Numbered from the stretch's first letter, positions 10,128 to 19,997 are shown. The stretch is 32,000 nucleotides of DNA from Synechococcus elongatus PCC 6301 (GCF_000010065.1 NC_006576.1:1710001-1742000); one strand, 5' to 3'. The notes: generated from the letters alone by a model not told the origin. A program made the numbers and translations.

Positions 10128-10200
10128 TGGAGCTAACCGGACTCGAACCGGTGACCCCTTGCATGCCATGCAAGTGCTCTACCAACTGAGCTATAGCCCC
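10128..10200 (-). tRNA. tRNA-Ala (anticodon GGC)
   Basis: Minus strand reads GGGGCTATAGCTCAGTTGGTAGAGCACTTGCATGGCATGCAAGGGGTCACCGGTTCGAGTCCGGTTAGCTCCA (73 nt). Acceptor stem with the G3:U70 wobble diagnostic of tRNA-Ala; anticodon stem CTTGC/GCAAG around loop ATGGCAT; T-loop GGTTCGAGTCC. 3' CCA not encoded. Confidence 0.97.
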
Positions 10201-10324
10201 ATTTAGCGATATTAATGTTTTCGTATTTGCCAGCGATTGTCAAGCCAGTGCTTCAGAGCCGGTGCAGTCTAGCGGGGGCTTTGCAGCATGAAGCAGCAGT
10301 GCTTGGCCCACAGGATGAACTGCG

Positions 10325-12592
10325 ATGATTGCCACTCCTAGCTTGGCCGATCGCCTCCAGAAGATGCGGGCGCAACTGCGAGCCGGGCAGCAGCAGCTCG
10401 CGGCTTGGCAGGCCGGTAGCCTAGCTGTCTCGGCAGTACCCGGCGCAGGTAAATCAACGGGGATGGCGGTAGCAGCCGCGATCGCTCTTGCCCAGCGCCC
10501 TCAACGCGATCGTCGACAGCTCTACCTTGTTACGGTGACGCGATCGGCCGCCCTCAACCTGCGTCAAAAAGTCCGCGAAACCCTGCAGCAACTGGGACTT
10601 TCGGCTGTTGGCTTTACGGTGCAAACCCTACACAGCCTGTCGTTGCAGATTGCCAGCACCGCGCCTGACTTGTCCAATCTCTACTGGGATCAGGTTAGTT
10701 TGGTCTCCGATCGCCGCAAAGCCCAGCTACTCCGCCAAGCAATCGACCAGTGGATTGAGGCAAACCCCACGCTGTTTCAGCAGTTGTTGAGGGGGACGGG
10801 CTTCGATGGCGAACTGGCAGAACAACTGCGCCGCAGCAGTGTGTTGCGCAACGAGTTCCTGTTCGAACTCGCCAAGACTCTGATTCCTGAAATTAAAAGT
10901 TCTGGTCTGTCACCCGCAGACTTTGCCGATCGCCTCTCCCCGTGGCCAGTGCTGGGCGACTACCCCCTGCTGGTGATCGCTCAGGGACTCTACGAGTTCT
11001 ATCAAGTCGGCCTCCAGCAAGCCAGTTTGATCGACTTTGATGACATGGTGCTTTCAGCAGTGCGGGTGCTGGATAACCCTCAGGCTCGCAGAACATGGCA
11101 GTCCTCGATTCTGGCATTGTTTGAAGATGAAGCTCAGGACTCGTCGCCGTTGCAGATGCAATTGTTGGAACGGCTGGCCCCCGTCACAACCGATCAGCAA
11201 CTGCAGCTAGTACGCGTCGGCGACCCCAATCAGGCAATTAACTCCACCTTCACCTCGGCGGATCCACTCTTTTTCCGCCAGTTTTGTGAGCAGTGCGATC
11301 GCCGTCAGCAGCTAGTGATGTTCGATCAAGCCGGTCGCAGTAGCCCCACAATTTTCCGAGCGGCTAACTTTGTCCTGCAGTGGGTCAATCGGCACTGGGC
11401 TCATTCAGACTCGCTCCGACCCTTCCGCGAACAAGCGATCCAGCCTGTTGATGCCGAGGATCCGCAACTGAATGCCAATCCTGAGCCGTTGGGTTTAGGA
11501 CTGGAACTCCTACAAACCGAGACTACGATCGCTACGGTCGAACGTCTCCAGCAGCGTTTGATTGATCTGTATGCTGCCAATGCTGAGACCCAGGCAGCGA
11601 TTCTAGTCCGTGAAAACCGGCAGGCTCACTATCTGCGCGATCGCCTGACCGAACCTTTGGCCAAAGCCGGAATCCACCTCTGGGAAGCCAGCGATCGCGA
11701 TCGCAATCGGCGCATCCCCGAAGAAATGCTGGCGCTGCTCCAGTTCATTGAACGGCCCCACCAGCCCGATCGCCTGCGGGCGGCGCTGCAGGTGCTAGTC
11801 AACCGCGATCGCCTGCCTGCACTGCCTTGGGAAGCTTTGCCCGCGCCGGAAATCTTCCTGGGCGATCGCCTCTTCTGGCCGGATGCAAATCCCCGGTTGC
11901 TGCCTGCCCAACGGCTTTGTCAGCAGTTACTCAAGGCGCGATCGGAGTTGCCGCCCGAGCAACTGATTCCTTTTCTGGCGCTGACGCTGCACTACGACGG
12001 CAGTGAATTGGCGACAGCCGATCAGCTAGCAGATCAACTGGGTCGCCAAGCTTGGAGTAATTTATCGCTGGGGCAATTGCTAGCGGATTTGCAGAATCTC
12101 CTGGAGAGCGATCGCCTGACCAGTGTCGAAACGGAAGATCCGGGCCTTGCCTTGACGCGATCTGGGCAGGTCACGATTCTGACCATGCATCGCTCCAAAG
12201 GGCTGGACTGGGACTGCGTTTTTCTGCCTTTTCTAGAAGCCTCGCAGATCCCCGGTGGGCGATCGCCCAAGCAAAGTGAGGCATTTTTAGGTCCCCAACC
12301 TTGGATTGCGATCGCGCGGCTGCAACTACGACGCGCTTTACAAGCTGAGACAGGCGCAGGCGTTGAACCTTTCACCGATCTAGCCGCCGCAGTCTCTGAG
12401 GCTCAAGCCCTGCGAGAAGCTGAGGAATATCGTCTGCTCTACGTCGCCATGACCCGCGCCAAGCGACTGCTCTGGATGGCCTCGGCTCAACAAGCGCCTC
12501 GTAACTGGACGTTTCCCCAGTCCCTCATCGATCAAACTCCTTGTCCGGCGCTCGCTGCGCTCTATCGCCAGTTTCCCCAACACCGCTGCTGA
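10325..12592 (+). CDS. UvrD/Rep-like superfamily I DNA helicase (ATP-dependent, divergent)
   Basis: Walker A SAVPGAGKSTG, Walker B FEDEAQDSS, RVGDPNQAI, TILTMHRSKGLDWDCVFLPFLE, LLYVAMTRAKRLLWMAS motifs. Confidence 0.88.
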   Translation: MIATPSLADRLQKMRAQLRAGQQQLAAWQAGSLAVSAVPGAGKSTGMAVAAAIALAQRPQRDRRQLYLVTVTRSAALNLRQKVRETLQQLGLSAVGFTVQTLHSLSLQIASTAPDLSNLYWDQVSLVSDRRKAQLLRQAIDQWIEANPTLFQQLLRGTGFDGELAEQLRRSSVLRNEFLFELAKTLIPEIKSSGLSPADFADRLSPWPVLGDYPLLVIAQGLYEFYQVGLQQASLIDFDDMVLSAVRVLDNPQARRTWQSSILALFEDEAQDSSPLQMQLLERLAPVTTDQQLQLVRVGDPNQAINSTFTSADPLFFRQFCEQCDRRQQLVMFDQAGRSSPTIFRAANFVLQWVNRHWAHSDSLRPFREQAIQPVDAEDPQLNANPEPLGLGLELLQTETTIATVERLQQRLIDLYAANAETQAAILVRENRQAHYLRDRLTEPLAKAGIHLWEASDRDRNRRIPEEMLALLQFIERPHQPDRLRAALQVLVNRDRLPALPWEALPAPEIFLGDRLFWPDANPRLLPAQRLCQQLLKARSELPPEQLIPFLALTLHYDGSELATADQLADQLGRQAWSNLSLGQLLADLQNLLESDRLTSVETEDPGLALTRSGQVTILTMHRSKGLDWDCVFLPFLEASQIPGGRSPKQSEAFLGPQPWIAIARLQLRRALQAETGAGVEPFTDLAAAVSEAQALREAEEYRLLYVAMTRAKRLLWMASAQQAPRNWTFPQSLIDQTPCPALAALYRQFPQHRC

Positions 12593-12625
12593 GGCTCGTT
12601 CAGGTTGCTGCAACTGTGATCAGAA

Positions 12626-13543
12626 CTAGATAGCGCCAAGTAGTAAGGCGAGCACTGCTTTCTGGGCATGGAGGCGGTTTTCAGCCTGATCCCAGACGCG
12701 GGACTGCGATCCTTCTAGTACTTCCGCCGTGATCTCTTCTTCGCGGTGAGCCGGCAGACAATGCAGCACGATCGCGGCGGGATCGGCTTTTTCTAGCAGG
12801 GCTTGGTTGAGTTGGTAGGGCGTAAAGGCTTTGACCCGCGCTTGGGCTTCTTCCTCTTGCCCCATGCTGGCCCAAACATCGGTGTAGAGCACATGAGCCC
12901 CTTGGGAGGCTGCGATCGGATCGTGGAGGATTTCTACCTTGGCGCGATCGCCAGCAATCTGCTGCGCTTTGGCAACAATCCGCTCCTGCGGCTGATAGTC
13001 AGGCGGGCAAGCAATCCGCACATTCATCCCGACTTGGGCGCACCCTAGCAGCAGCGAATGGGCGACATTATTGCCATCCCCGAGGTAGGTCAGCGTTAGG
13101 TCTTGCCACTGACCAAAGTTTTCTTGAATCGTCTGCAAGTCCGCCAGAATTTGGCAGGGATGGTAGTCATCTGTCAGGGCATTGATGACGGGAATATCGG
13201 CGTAGTGGGCGTATTCTTCTAGGTCTTGCTGGGCGAAGGTACGAATCGCTAGCGCATCCAAATAGCGGCTGAGAACCCGTGCTGTATCTGCGATCGGTTC
13301 ACCCCGCCCCACTTGGGTGACGTTGGGGTTGAGATCCAAGACTTGGCCGCCCATCTGCATGATGGCTGCCGAAAAGCTGACGCGGGTGCGAGTGGAGGAC
13401 TTACTGAAAATCAGTCCTAGTGTCTTAGGACAATGGACAGTCGTTTGACCCGACTTGAGAGTGGCGGCCAGTTCCAAAATTTCGAGAACTTCTGCACTCG
13501 AAAGGTCCGCTAGCGTCAGTAGGTCGCGTCCTGCCAGTCCCAT
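12626..13543 (-). CDS. argF: Ornithine carbamoyltransferase
   Basis: 305 aa; FSKSSTRTRVSFSAAIMQMGG (carbamoyl-phosphate-binding STRTR), QILADLQTI, VLHCLPAHREEEI. Confidence 0.96.
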   Translation of the reverse strand: MGLAGRDLLTLADLSSAEVLEILELAATLKSGQTTVHCPKTLGLIFSKSSTRTRVSFSAAIMQMGGQVLDLNPNVTQVGRGEPIADTARVLSRYLDALAIRTFAQQDLEEYAHYADIPVINALTDDYHPCQILADLQTIQENFGQWQDLTLTYLGDGNNVAHSLLLGCAQVGMNVRIACPPDYQPQERIVAKAQQIAGDRAKVEILHDPIAASQGAHVLYTDVWASMGQEEEAQARVKAFTPYQLNQALLEKADPAAIVLHCLPAHREEEITAEVLEGSQSRVWDQAENRLHAQKAVLALLLGAI

Positions 13544-13614
13544 CGATCGCCTCCCCTGCAGAAACCTCTCATTCTACAGAGGCGATCGCCGCAATGCGCA
13601 CCAGTCCGTCTGCT

Positions 13615-14499
13615 TTACCGCGAGAGACTTGCGCTATTGGTGTTGACTGCTTGGGGAGTGGCAACAGTTTGGAGACGTTGTTGGCAAGCCCGCACCGTGT
13701 CGACAAAGCGACCAACGCGCACGGGATCGATCGATTGCTCGCGTTTGCCTTGACGCTTCAGCGAAGAGGAAACAATCACACCATCGGCTGCTTGCAGCAG
13801 TTGGCCAATGTTCTCAATCGAAGCCCCGCTACCGATGAACACGGGAACATCGCCCGCAGCCGCTTTTGCCAGCTCCAAATCTTCTAGCGACGGTGGGCTG
13901 CCGGTTGCCCAACCGGAAAGAATGACGCCATCCGCCAACCCGCGCTCGATCGTGTCTTGCACCGCCACGGTCAGATTGGGGGTTCCCAGCGGTCGGGCAT
14001 GCTTGACCAAGACATCGGCCAAAATCTGCACGGAACTGCCCAACTCGCGCCGATAGCGCAGTAGTTGATGCGCTTCGCCTTCAATCAAGCCCTGATCTGT
14101 GGCCATCACACCCGTCAGGACGTTGACGCGGATGAAAGCTGCACCCGTGCAGCTAGCGATCGCCAAAGCACTGTGGGCATCGTTGCGCAGGACATTCAGC
14201 CCTAAGGGAATGGTCACGAGGTTTTGGAGCCGCTCGACCACCAGGGTCATCGCGCTAACAACGGCAGGATCAACGCGATTCTTAGGGAACGGTGCGTCGA
14301 AAAAATTCTCAACAATAATGCCGTTAACGCCGCCGGCCGCCAGCGCCGTAGCTTCCTGTTCCGCACGCTCAATCACAGCGCGGAGATTGCCACCCCAGCG
14401 AGCCGCTGTGGGCAGCGGTTGCAGGTGCACCACGCCAATGACGGGGGTTGTGGTTCCAAAAATGCGATGCAAATCCACGTCAGAATCGAGTCGCTGCAA
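13615..14499 (-). CDS. btpA: BtpA family protein (photosystem I biogenesis/stability)
   Basis: TPVIGVVHLQPLPTAARWGG, GGVNGIIVENFFDAPFPKNRVDP, RNDAHSALAIASCTGAAFIRVNVLTG; BtpA TIM-barrel family. ORF-track start is a TTG; the true start may be a few codons downstream. Confidence 0.92.
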   Translation of the reverse strand: MQRLDSDVDLHRIFGTTTPVIGVVHLQPLPTAARWGGNLRAVIERAEQEATALAAGGVNGIIVENFFDAPFPKNRVDPAVVSAMTLVVERLQNLVTIPLGLNVLRNDAHSALAIASCTGAAFIRVNVLTGVMATDQGLIEGEAHQLLRYRRELGSSVQILADVLVKHARPLGTPNLTVAVQDTIERGLADGVILSGWATGSPPSLEDLELAKAAAGDVPVFIGSGASIENIGQLLQAADGVIVSSSLKRQGKREQSIDPVRVGRFVDTVRACQQRLQTVATPQAVNTNSASLSR

Positions 14500-14660
14500 T
14501 CAATCGCGGGTCTGTAACAAGCATCATACTCTCTGGCAGGGATCCCGCTGAATCAGACTGCAAAGCAGTGCGATAGGATCGACAAGCTATTCGACTTTCA
14601 GTTGTCGCTTGATCCTCACTGAAAGCGATCGCCTTTCCTTCATTCCGTTTGCGCGCTGCC

Positions 14661-16019
14661 ATGACGGCCAAACCAACGATCGCGTTCTCGCACCTCGGGT
14701 GTGAGAAAAACCGCATCGACACTGAACACATGATTGGTTTGCTCGCTGAGGCAGGCTACGGCATCGATGCCAACGAAGCGTTAGCCGATGTAGTGGTGGT
14801 CAACACCTGCAGCTTCATCCAAGCCGCTCGCGAAGAATCGGTACGGACGCTTGTAGAGCTGGCGGAGTCGGGCAAAAAAATTGTGATCGCGGGCTGCCTC
14901 GCCCAGCACTTCCAAGATCAACTGCTGGCAGAGTTGCCAGAAGCGATCGCCCTCGTTGGGACAGGAGACTATCACCGCATTGTCGATGTGCTGCAACGCA
15001 CGGAAAGCGGCGAGCGCGTCAATGCCATTTCCCAAGAGCCGAGCTTTATTGCCGACGAAAATCTACCGCGCTACCGTACGACCACTTCAGCCGTGGCTTA
15101 TCTGCGCGTTGCCGAAGGCTGTGACTATCGCTGCGCCTTCTGCATCATTCCGCATCTGCGCGGCAAGCGGCGATCGCGATCAATCGAGTCGATCGTGGCG
15201 GAAGCGAAGCAACTGGCTGCTGAAGGCGTGCAAGAGCTGGTGCTGATCTCGCAGATCACCACCAACTACGGCCTCGATCGCTACGGCAAACCAATGCTGG
15301 CGGAACTGCTGCGCCAACTGGGTCAAGTCGATGTGCCCTGGATTCGTATTCACTACGCCTATCCGACCGGTCTGACGCCGGAGGTGATTGCAGCGATTCG
15401 AGAAACCCACAACGTGCTGCCCTATCTCGATCTGCCGTTGCAGCATTCCCACCCCGAGATCCTCAAGGCAATGAACCGGCCATGGCAGGGCAATGTCAAC
15501 GATCGCATCATCGAGAAGCTTAAAGAAGCGCTGCCAGATGCGGTGCTGCGCACCACGTTCATTGCAGGCTTCCCCGGGGAAACGGAGGAGCATTTCCGTC
15601 ACCTGCAGCAATTTATTCAACGCCACGAGTTCGATCATGTTGGCGTCTTCGCTTTCTCACCGGAAGAGGGAACTGCTGCGATCGACCTCCCCAATCCGGT
15701 GCCCGATGACGTTAAGGAAGCACGGCGCGATGCCTTGATGGCCACGCAGCAACCGATCGCAGAACGTCGCAATCGCGCTCAAATCGGTCGCCTCGTCGAT
15801 GTGCTGATCGAGCAAGAGCATCCCAGCACCGGCCTCAAGATTGGGCGATCGGCACGCTTTGCCCCTGAAGTGGATGGAGTGGTTTACGTCCAAGGAGACG
15901 CCGCTTTGGGTCAGCTCGTGACTGTGCGGATTACCGATGCCGATATCTACGATCTGCATGGCGAAGTGGCTAGTGCCGCCGATCTGTTCCAAGTTAGTCG
16001 TCAGCCGAGCCTCGCCTAG
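14661..16019 (+). CDS. rimO: Ribosomal protein S12 methylthiotransferase, radical SAM
   Basis: [16 protein letters not shown], radical-SAM [21 protein letters not shown]-terminal TRAM domain. ORF track opens at TTG 14649; ATG at 14661 likely. Confidence 0.95.
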   Translation: MTAKPTIAFSHLGCEKNRIDTEHMIGLLAEAGYGIDANEALADVVVVNTCSFIQAAREESVRTLVELAESGKKIVIAGCLAQHFQDQLLAELPEAIALVGTGDYHRIVDVLQRTESGERVNAISQEPSFIADENLPRYRTTTSAVAYLRVAEGCDYRCAFCIIPHLRGKRRSRSIESIVAEAKQLAAEGVQELVLISQITTNYGLDRYGKPMLAELLRQLGQVDVPWIRIHYAYPTGLTPEVIAAIRETHNVLPYLDLPLQHSHPEILKAMNRPWQGNVNDRIIEKLKEALPDAVLRTTFIAGFPGETEEHFRHLQQFIQRHEFDHVGVFAFSPEEGTAAIDLPNPVPDDVKEARRDALMATQQPIAERRNRAQIGRLVDVLIEQEHPSTGLKIGRSARFAPEVDGVVYVQGDAALGQLVTVRITDADIYDLHGEVASAADLFQVSRQPSLA

Positions 16020-16024
16020 CTGTC

Positions 16025-16528
16025 ATGCGCCGATTCCAGCGATCGACCGTCATTGATGCCCCGCGCGAACTCGTCTGGGCGTTCCACGAGCAAGCGGATG
16101 TTCTGGAGCAACTAACGCCGCCTTGGTTGCCGGTGGAAGTGGTACGGCGTGAAGGTGGTCTGGGTCCTGGCGCTGTCTCAGAGTTTCGACTCTGGTTAGG
16201 CCCAGTGCCGATTCGCTGGGTTGCCACCCACAATGATGACTATGAGCCGGGGCGTTGTTTCTGCGATCGCCAGAGCCAAGGGCCGTTTGCTGATTGGCTA
16301 CACCGGCACATCTTTAGCCGCGAGGGCGATCGCACTCGCCTGATTGATGAAGTCGAATATGCACTGCCCGGTGGCTGGTTGCCGGAGTTGAGCGTTTGCC
16401 CCGTGGTCGATGCGCAGCTGGAGCGGCTATTTGCCTACCGCCAACAGGTTACCAAGCAATGGTGCGAGAGTCGCCGCGATGCTTTCCTGCAGTCTAATCG
16501 CACAACAAAAGGGCTGCAATCGCTCTAG
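16025..16528 (+). CDS. SRPBCC family protein (START-like/polyketide cyclase-like)
   Basis: FQRSTVIDAPRELVWAFHEQADVLEQLTPPWLPVEVV, RTRLIDEVEYALPGG; typical START-like fold protein of about 150 aa. Confidence 0.85.
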   Translation: MRRFQRSTVIDAPRELVWAFHEQADVLEQLTPPWLPVEVVRREGGLGPGAVSEFRLWLGPVPIRWVATHNDDYEPGRCFCDRQSQGPFADWLHRHIFSREGDRTRLIDEVEYALPGGWLPELSVCPVVDAQLERLFAYRQQVTKQWCESRRDAFLQSNRTTKGLQSL

Positions 16529-16539
16529 ATTCAGCCCTT
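16509..16539 (+). terminator. Possible transcription terminator/3' hairpin overlapping the end of the SRPBCC gene
   Basis: AAGGGCTG-c-AATC-GCTCTA-GATT-CAGCCCTT: 8 bp + 4 bp stem with a single C bulge; only a weakly T-rich tail (GATTGTGTATT). Confidence 0.4.
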
Positions 16540-16612
16540 GATTGTGTATTGATGCTGAGGCCTCCAGTCGGGTTCAGTAAGGATTCCTTGACCTGCTCTG
16601 CTGGGTGATCGC

Positions 16613-16825
16613 CTATTTGCGGTGGCGGAAGGTGATGCGACCGCGGCCCAAATCGTAAGGGCTGACTTCAACGGTCACTTTGTCACCAGCCAAGACTTTA
16701 ATTTTGTTCTTGGTCAACTTGCCTGCAGCACGGCACAGGCACTGGTGTCCTGGGGGTTGATCGAGGACTACGAGATAAAAACCATTGCCTTGTTCGCGTT
16801 CAACGACGCCAGACGTCTCAATCAT
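16613..16825 (-). CDS. Divergent translation initiation factor IF-1-like protein (S1/OB-fold)
   Basis: MIETSGVVEREQGNGFYLVVLDQPPGHQCLCRAAGKLTKNKIKVLAGDKVTVEVSPYDLGRGRITFRHRK matches the IF-1 pattern (GK..KN.IK.L.GD.V.VE.SPYDL..GRI..R). The ORF extends upstream to 16846, but ATG 16825 gives the expected start. Confidence 0.88.
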   Translation of the reverse strand: MIETSGVVEREQGNGFYLVVLDQPPGHQCLCRAAGKLTKNKIKVLAGDKVTVEVSPYDLGRGRITFRHRK

Positions 16826-16896
16826 GCAAGCTCTGTGGACTTCCAATTGTCCACTCTAGCAGTCCGACCGGACGGGCGATCGCTTCCTGGTTTGAA

Positions 16897-17550
16897 TCAG
16901 GCTTCGCGCTTCAGCCAAATTGGCTGTAGACCCGCTGCTTGCGAACCCCGTACGTCTTCCCGAAAACTGTCGCCAATGTGCCAAGCCTCGTGCGGCTGAC
17001 ACTGTTGTTGCGCTAAAGCCATCGCAAAGATCAGGCGATCGGGTTTGGCAGCACCCACTTCCGGCGAAATCGTGATGCTGCTGAAGTAATTCGTCAGCCC
17101 CAAGCTGTCGAGTACTGGATAAATGCGGCTATCGAAGTTAGAAATAATTCCCAAGGCAACGCCGCGATCGCGCCAATAGTCCAGTAGCGGCCAGACATCG
17201 TCGTAGACAAACCAAGGCTCCGGCCCTTGGAAGTGACGATAGAGGTTGTCAAAGAAATCGGCAAAACTCTGATCAGAAAACTGGACTAAATCCCCCGATC
17301 GCTCGAAGGTGCGTCGCGCGATCGCCTGCCACCACTGATATTCCAAGGCGGGAACTTGCTCCGGCGGTGCCTCGGGAAAGGCCAGCGGTGGTGCTTCTTG
17401 AAAAGCCGCGTAGAAGGCATCGTTCAAACGCCGTGCGTTGGCATCGACGCCAAACTCCAACGCTAGCTGTCGATAGGCCAGTCCCACACTGCCTTTGACG
17501 CCAAACAGCGTGCCGACTGCATCAAAGAAAATTACCTGGGGAAGAGCCAT
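16897..17550 (-). CDS. HAD superfamily (subfamily IA) hydrolase
   Basis: IFFDAVGTLFG (motif I, DxxGTLF), LGIISNFDSR (motif II), GAAKPDRLIF (motif III), HIGDSFREDVRGSQAAGLQPIWL. Confidence 0.88.
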   Translation of the reverse strand: MALPQVIFFDAVGTLFGVKGSVGLAYRQLALEFGVDANARRLNDAFYAAFQEAPPLAFPEAPPEQVPALEYQWWQAIARRTFERSGDLVQFSDQSFADFFDNLYRHFQGPEPWFVYDDVWPLLDYWRDRGVALGIISNFDSRIYPVLDSLGLTNYFSSITISPEVGAAKPDRLIFAMALAQQQCQPHEAWHIGDSFREDVRGSQAAGLQPIWLKREA

Positions 17551-17559
17551 AGCCAGCGA

Positions 17560-18756
17560 TTAGGAATGCAGCAGCGAGTCCAACGGTTGCAGGAGCCAAT
17601 TCAGACCTACGCGACATTGTTGCGTTGGAGTGGGCATCCGGTAAAGGTAGGCCAAGCGGCGGGCGACTGCCGCTAGGGGGCCTTCCAAAGTCAACCCGAG
17701 TCCTGTCAATGTGGCGTTGCCGGAACCCAGCGCCAGCATTTCACCCAAGGCTTGGTATTGGAAATCGCTCAAAGGTTGCTCACGGCGTTGAGCGATCAAA
17801 TTCGCAGCCAGACAGTTTGCCTGCTGGAACGCTGCCTGAGCGGTGGCCGGAATCGCTTTGCCATCCACCAGTGGTAGCTCTGCCAAGTCACCCAGCGCGA
17901 AAAGGTTATTGTGACCGCTGATTTGTAGGGTCAGCGCGGTTTGTAGTTGACCTCGAGCATTTTTGGGTAAATCCAGAGCGGCAACGGCTGCGGGCACTCG
18001 GTTGCCAACCGTCCACAAGACCAGATCGATGTTGCTGAGTCGTTCCGTTTGCTCCCCGCGCTGCAGCACGATCGCATCAGCTTCGACGGCAGCCACACCG
18101 GTTTTCAGATCCAAGAGAATCTGGCGCTGCTGTAAAGCTCGTTCTGCCGCTTCACGGTTAAATTCTGGCGAGTTGCGCAGAATGTCTTCACCCAGCTCAA
18201 TCAGGCGAATCCAGGCGCGATCGCCCAAGCGATCGGCCAGTTTGCAGGCCAGCTCGACCCCACTGGGACCCGCTCCCACGATCGCAATGCGGATCTGGCG
18301 ATCGGGCTGATGTTCCAGCTCACTCAAGCGAGTATTGAGGGCGATCGCGTCGTCCAAACTGCGGAACGGTAGGGCGTGAGTTTCTGCACCGGGGGCGAGA
18401 TCACGAGGCGTTTCACCCCCCAAAGCCAACACGAGCTGACCAAACTCAAAAACTTGTCCCGACTCCAATACGACAAGCTGTTGCTGGAGATCGACCTCGC
18501 TAACAACCCCCCGATGGAATTGCACCGGCGTATTTGCCAGCAGATCGCGGTAGCGGGGCGCGACTTCCCAGCCTTGGAGTTCACCCGTGATCAGTTCGTA
18601 GAGCAGCGGCAAAAAAACAAAGCGATCGCCACGGTCAATCAAATGAATCGGCGGCCGACTGGCCCCCTGCCAAGACTGCTGAGCCAGCGCTAGCGCGGTA
18701 TAGAGACCACCAAAGCCACCGCCGAGGATACAGATTGCTGAGTTGGCGCTGACCAT
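17560..18756 (-). CDS. Type II NAD(P)H dehydrogenase-like FAD/NAD(P)-dependent oxidoreductase (cyanobacterial NdbB-like)
   Basis: GGGFGGLYTALALAQQ (N-terminal FAD GxGxxG), LVLALGGETP, IAIVGAGPSGVELACKLADRLG (second dinucleotide-binding motif), NNLFALGDLAEL. Confidence 0.88.
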   Translation of the reverse strand: MVSANSAICILGGGFGGLYTALALAQQSWQGASRPPIHLIDRGDRFVFLPLLYELITGELQGWEVAPRYRDLLANTPVQFHRGVVSEVDLQQQLVVLESGQVFEFGQLVLALGGETPRDLAPGAETHALPFRSLDDAIALNTRLSELEHQPDRQIRIAIVGAGPSGVELACKLADRLGDRAWIRLIELGEDILRNSPEFNREAAERALQQRQILLDLKTGVAAVEADAIVLQRGEQTERLSNIDLVLWTVGNRVPAAVAALDLPKNARGQLQTALTLQISGHNNLFALGDLAELPLVDGKAIPATAQAAFQQANCLAANLIAQRREQPLSDFQYQALGEMLALGSGNATLTGLGLTLEGPLAAVARRLAYLYRMPTPTQQCRVGLNWLLQPLDSLLHS

Positions 18757-18986
18757 GATGCGCGAGCCTACTGTAATGTTTTGTCTCTTTTGCAGGATAA
18801 CGATTCACTGCGATCGCCGCCGGTTGTGTGGCTGACGTGGTCAGCTCTGGCGCTTTCCCAATCTTCCTCGGACTGGCTTCTTTGCTGAAACCAGCTGTTG
18901 CAGCGATCTTAAAAGGTGCGGCAAACCGCCCAAGCTCACCGAAGGGGAATGCCAAACTGAGAATATTCCTGCTCTCTTCTATTCCT

Positions 18987-19247
18987 ATGGCCAAACATGA
19001 TCAGGCCCATATGTCGCGCCGTGTCAGCAAGTTTAAGCCCGGTGGTTTGAGCGCGATGACCCGCAAGCAGATGGAATATTACATGGGGGCTAAGCTGCTG
19101 GAGCTCGGCGTTGAACCGAAGTCGGCCATCTACCGCTGGAGTACGACGGAAGAAGGTAATGATGCCGTTTACACCTACAGTGCTTATTGGGGCGAGGCCC
19201 GGCAGCAGGTGGAACAAGGTTTAGAGCCTGCCGCTCCGACGGCCTAA
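18987..19247 (+). CDS. Conserved-looking small hypothetical protein (about 86 aa)
   Basis: Same frame as ORF 18828..19247; internal ATG at 18987 starts MAKHDQAHMSRRVSKFKPGGLSAMTRKQMEYYMGAKLLELGVEPKSAIYRWSTTEEGNDAVYTYSAYWGEARQQ, a compact soluble protein. The upstream 53 codons look like untranslated extension. Confidence 0.6.
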   Translation: MAKHDQAHMSRRVSKFKPGGLSAMTRKQMEYYMGAKLLELGVEPKSAIYRWSTTEEGNDAVYTYSAYWGEARQQVEQGLEPAAPTA

Positions 19248-19286
19248 CGCTTTTGACGAACTGTTGCGATCGCTCAAACGAAGTCC

Positions 19287-19985
19287 ATGCCTGCTTTGCT
19301 GCCCAGCCTGACCGAAATCAATGCCCAGCTTGCTGATCAAGCAGCAACGCAGATCATTCAGTGGGCAGCAACTGAATTTGGATCGGGGCTGGTGCTCAGC
19401 ACGAGTTTTGGCATTCAGTCGGCGGTGATGCTGCACTTGGCGACTCAGGTGCAGCCGGATATTCCGGTGATCTGGATCGACACGGGTTATCTGCCTACGG
19501 AAACCTATCGGTTTGCGGCAGAGCTGACGGAACGGCTCAAGCTGAATCTGAAGGTCTATCAATCGGAGATCAGCCCGGCGCGGATGGAAGCGCTCTATGG
19601 CCGGCTCTGGGAAAGCGAGTCGGTGGAAGACTTCAACCGCTATGACCAAATGCGCAAGGTGGAGCCGATGAATCGTGCCCTGCAAGAACTGGGTGCAACG
19701 GCTTGGTTGTCGGGCGTACGACGGCAGCAAACGGCGCATCGCCAGTCAATGGAAATTGTCGAACTCAAACGCGATCGCTATGCGATTCGGCCGATTCTTG
19801 GTTGGCACTCCCGCGACGTTTATCAGTACCTGACTGCTCACGATCTGCCCTACCATCCGCTCTTTGATCAGGGCTACGTCACCGTTGGTGACTGGCATTC
19901 CAGCCGCCCCCTGCAAGCAGATGACAGTGATGAGCGCAGCACCCGGTTCCGGGGCTTGAAGCAAGAGTGTGGCCTGCACTTGTAA
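19287..19985 (+). CDS. cysH: Phosphoadenylyl-sulfate (PAPS) reductase
   Basis: [72 protein letters not shown] (C-terminal ECGLH active-site Cys). Confidence 0.95.
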
Positions 19986-19997
19986 CTTGCGATCGCC

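Noticed and set aside
10128-10200. tRNA-Ala as a possible integration site for a genomic island
   Set aside because: No integrase, no repeated tRNA 3' fragment noticed in the flanks, and neighbouring genes look chromosomal. A full repeat search would need a tool.
12681-13048. Antisense ORFs within argF
   Set aside because: Overlap the confident argF gene; Arg/Gly/Pro-rich composition of non-coding reading frames.
16622-16999. 125 aa + strand ORF spanning the IF-1-like and HAD genes
   Set aside because: Overlaps two better supported minus-strand genes; its protein sequence shows no domain logic.
18828-18986. N-terminal extension of the 18828..19247 ORF
   Set aside because: Contains no plausible domain; the downstream ATG (18987) starts a compact sequence that looks like the real protein.
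19221-19739. 172 aa - strand ORF antisense to cysH
   Set aside because: Shadow ORF; cysH motifs on the + strand are unambiguous.
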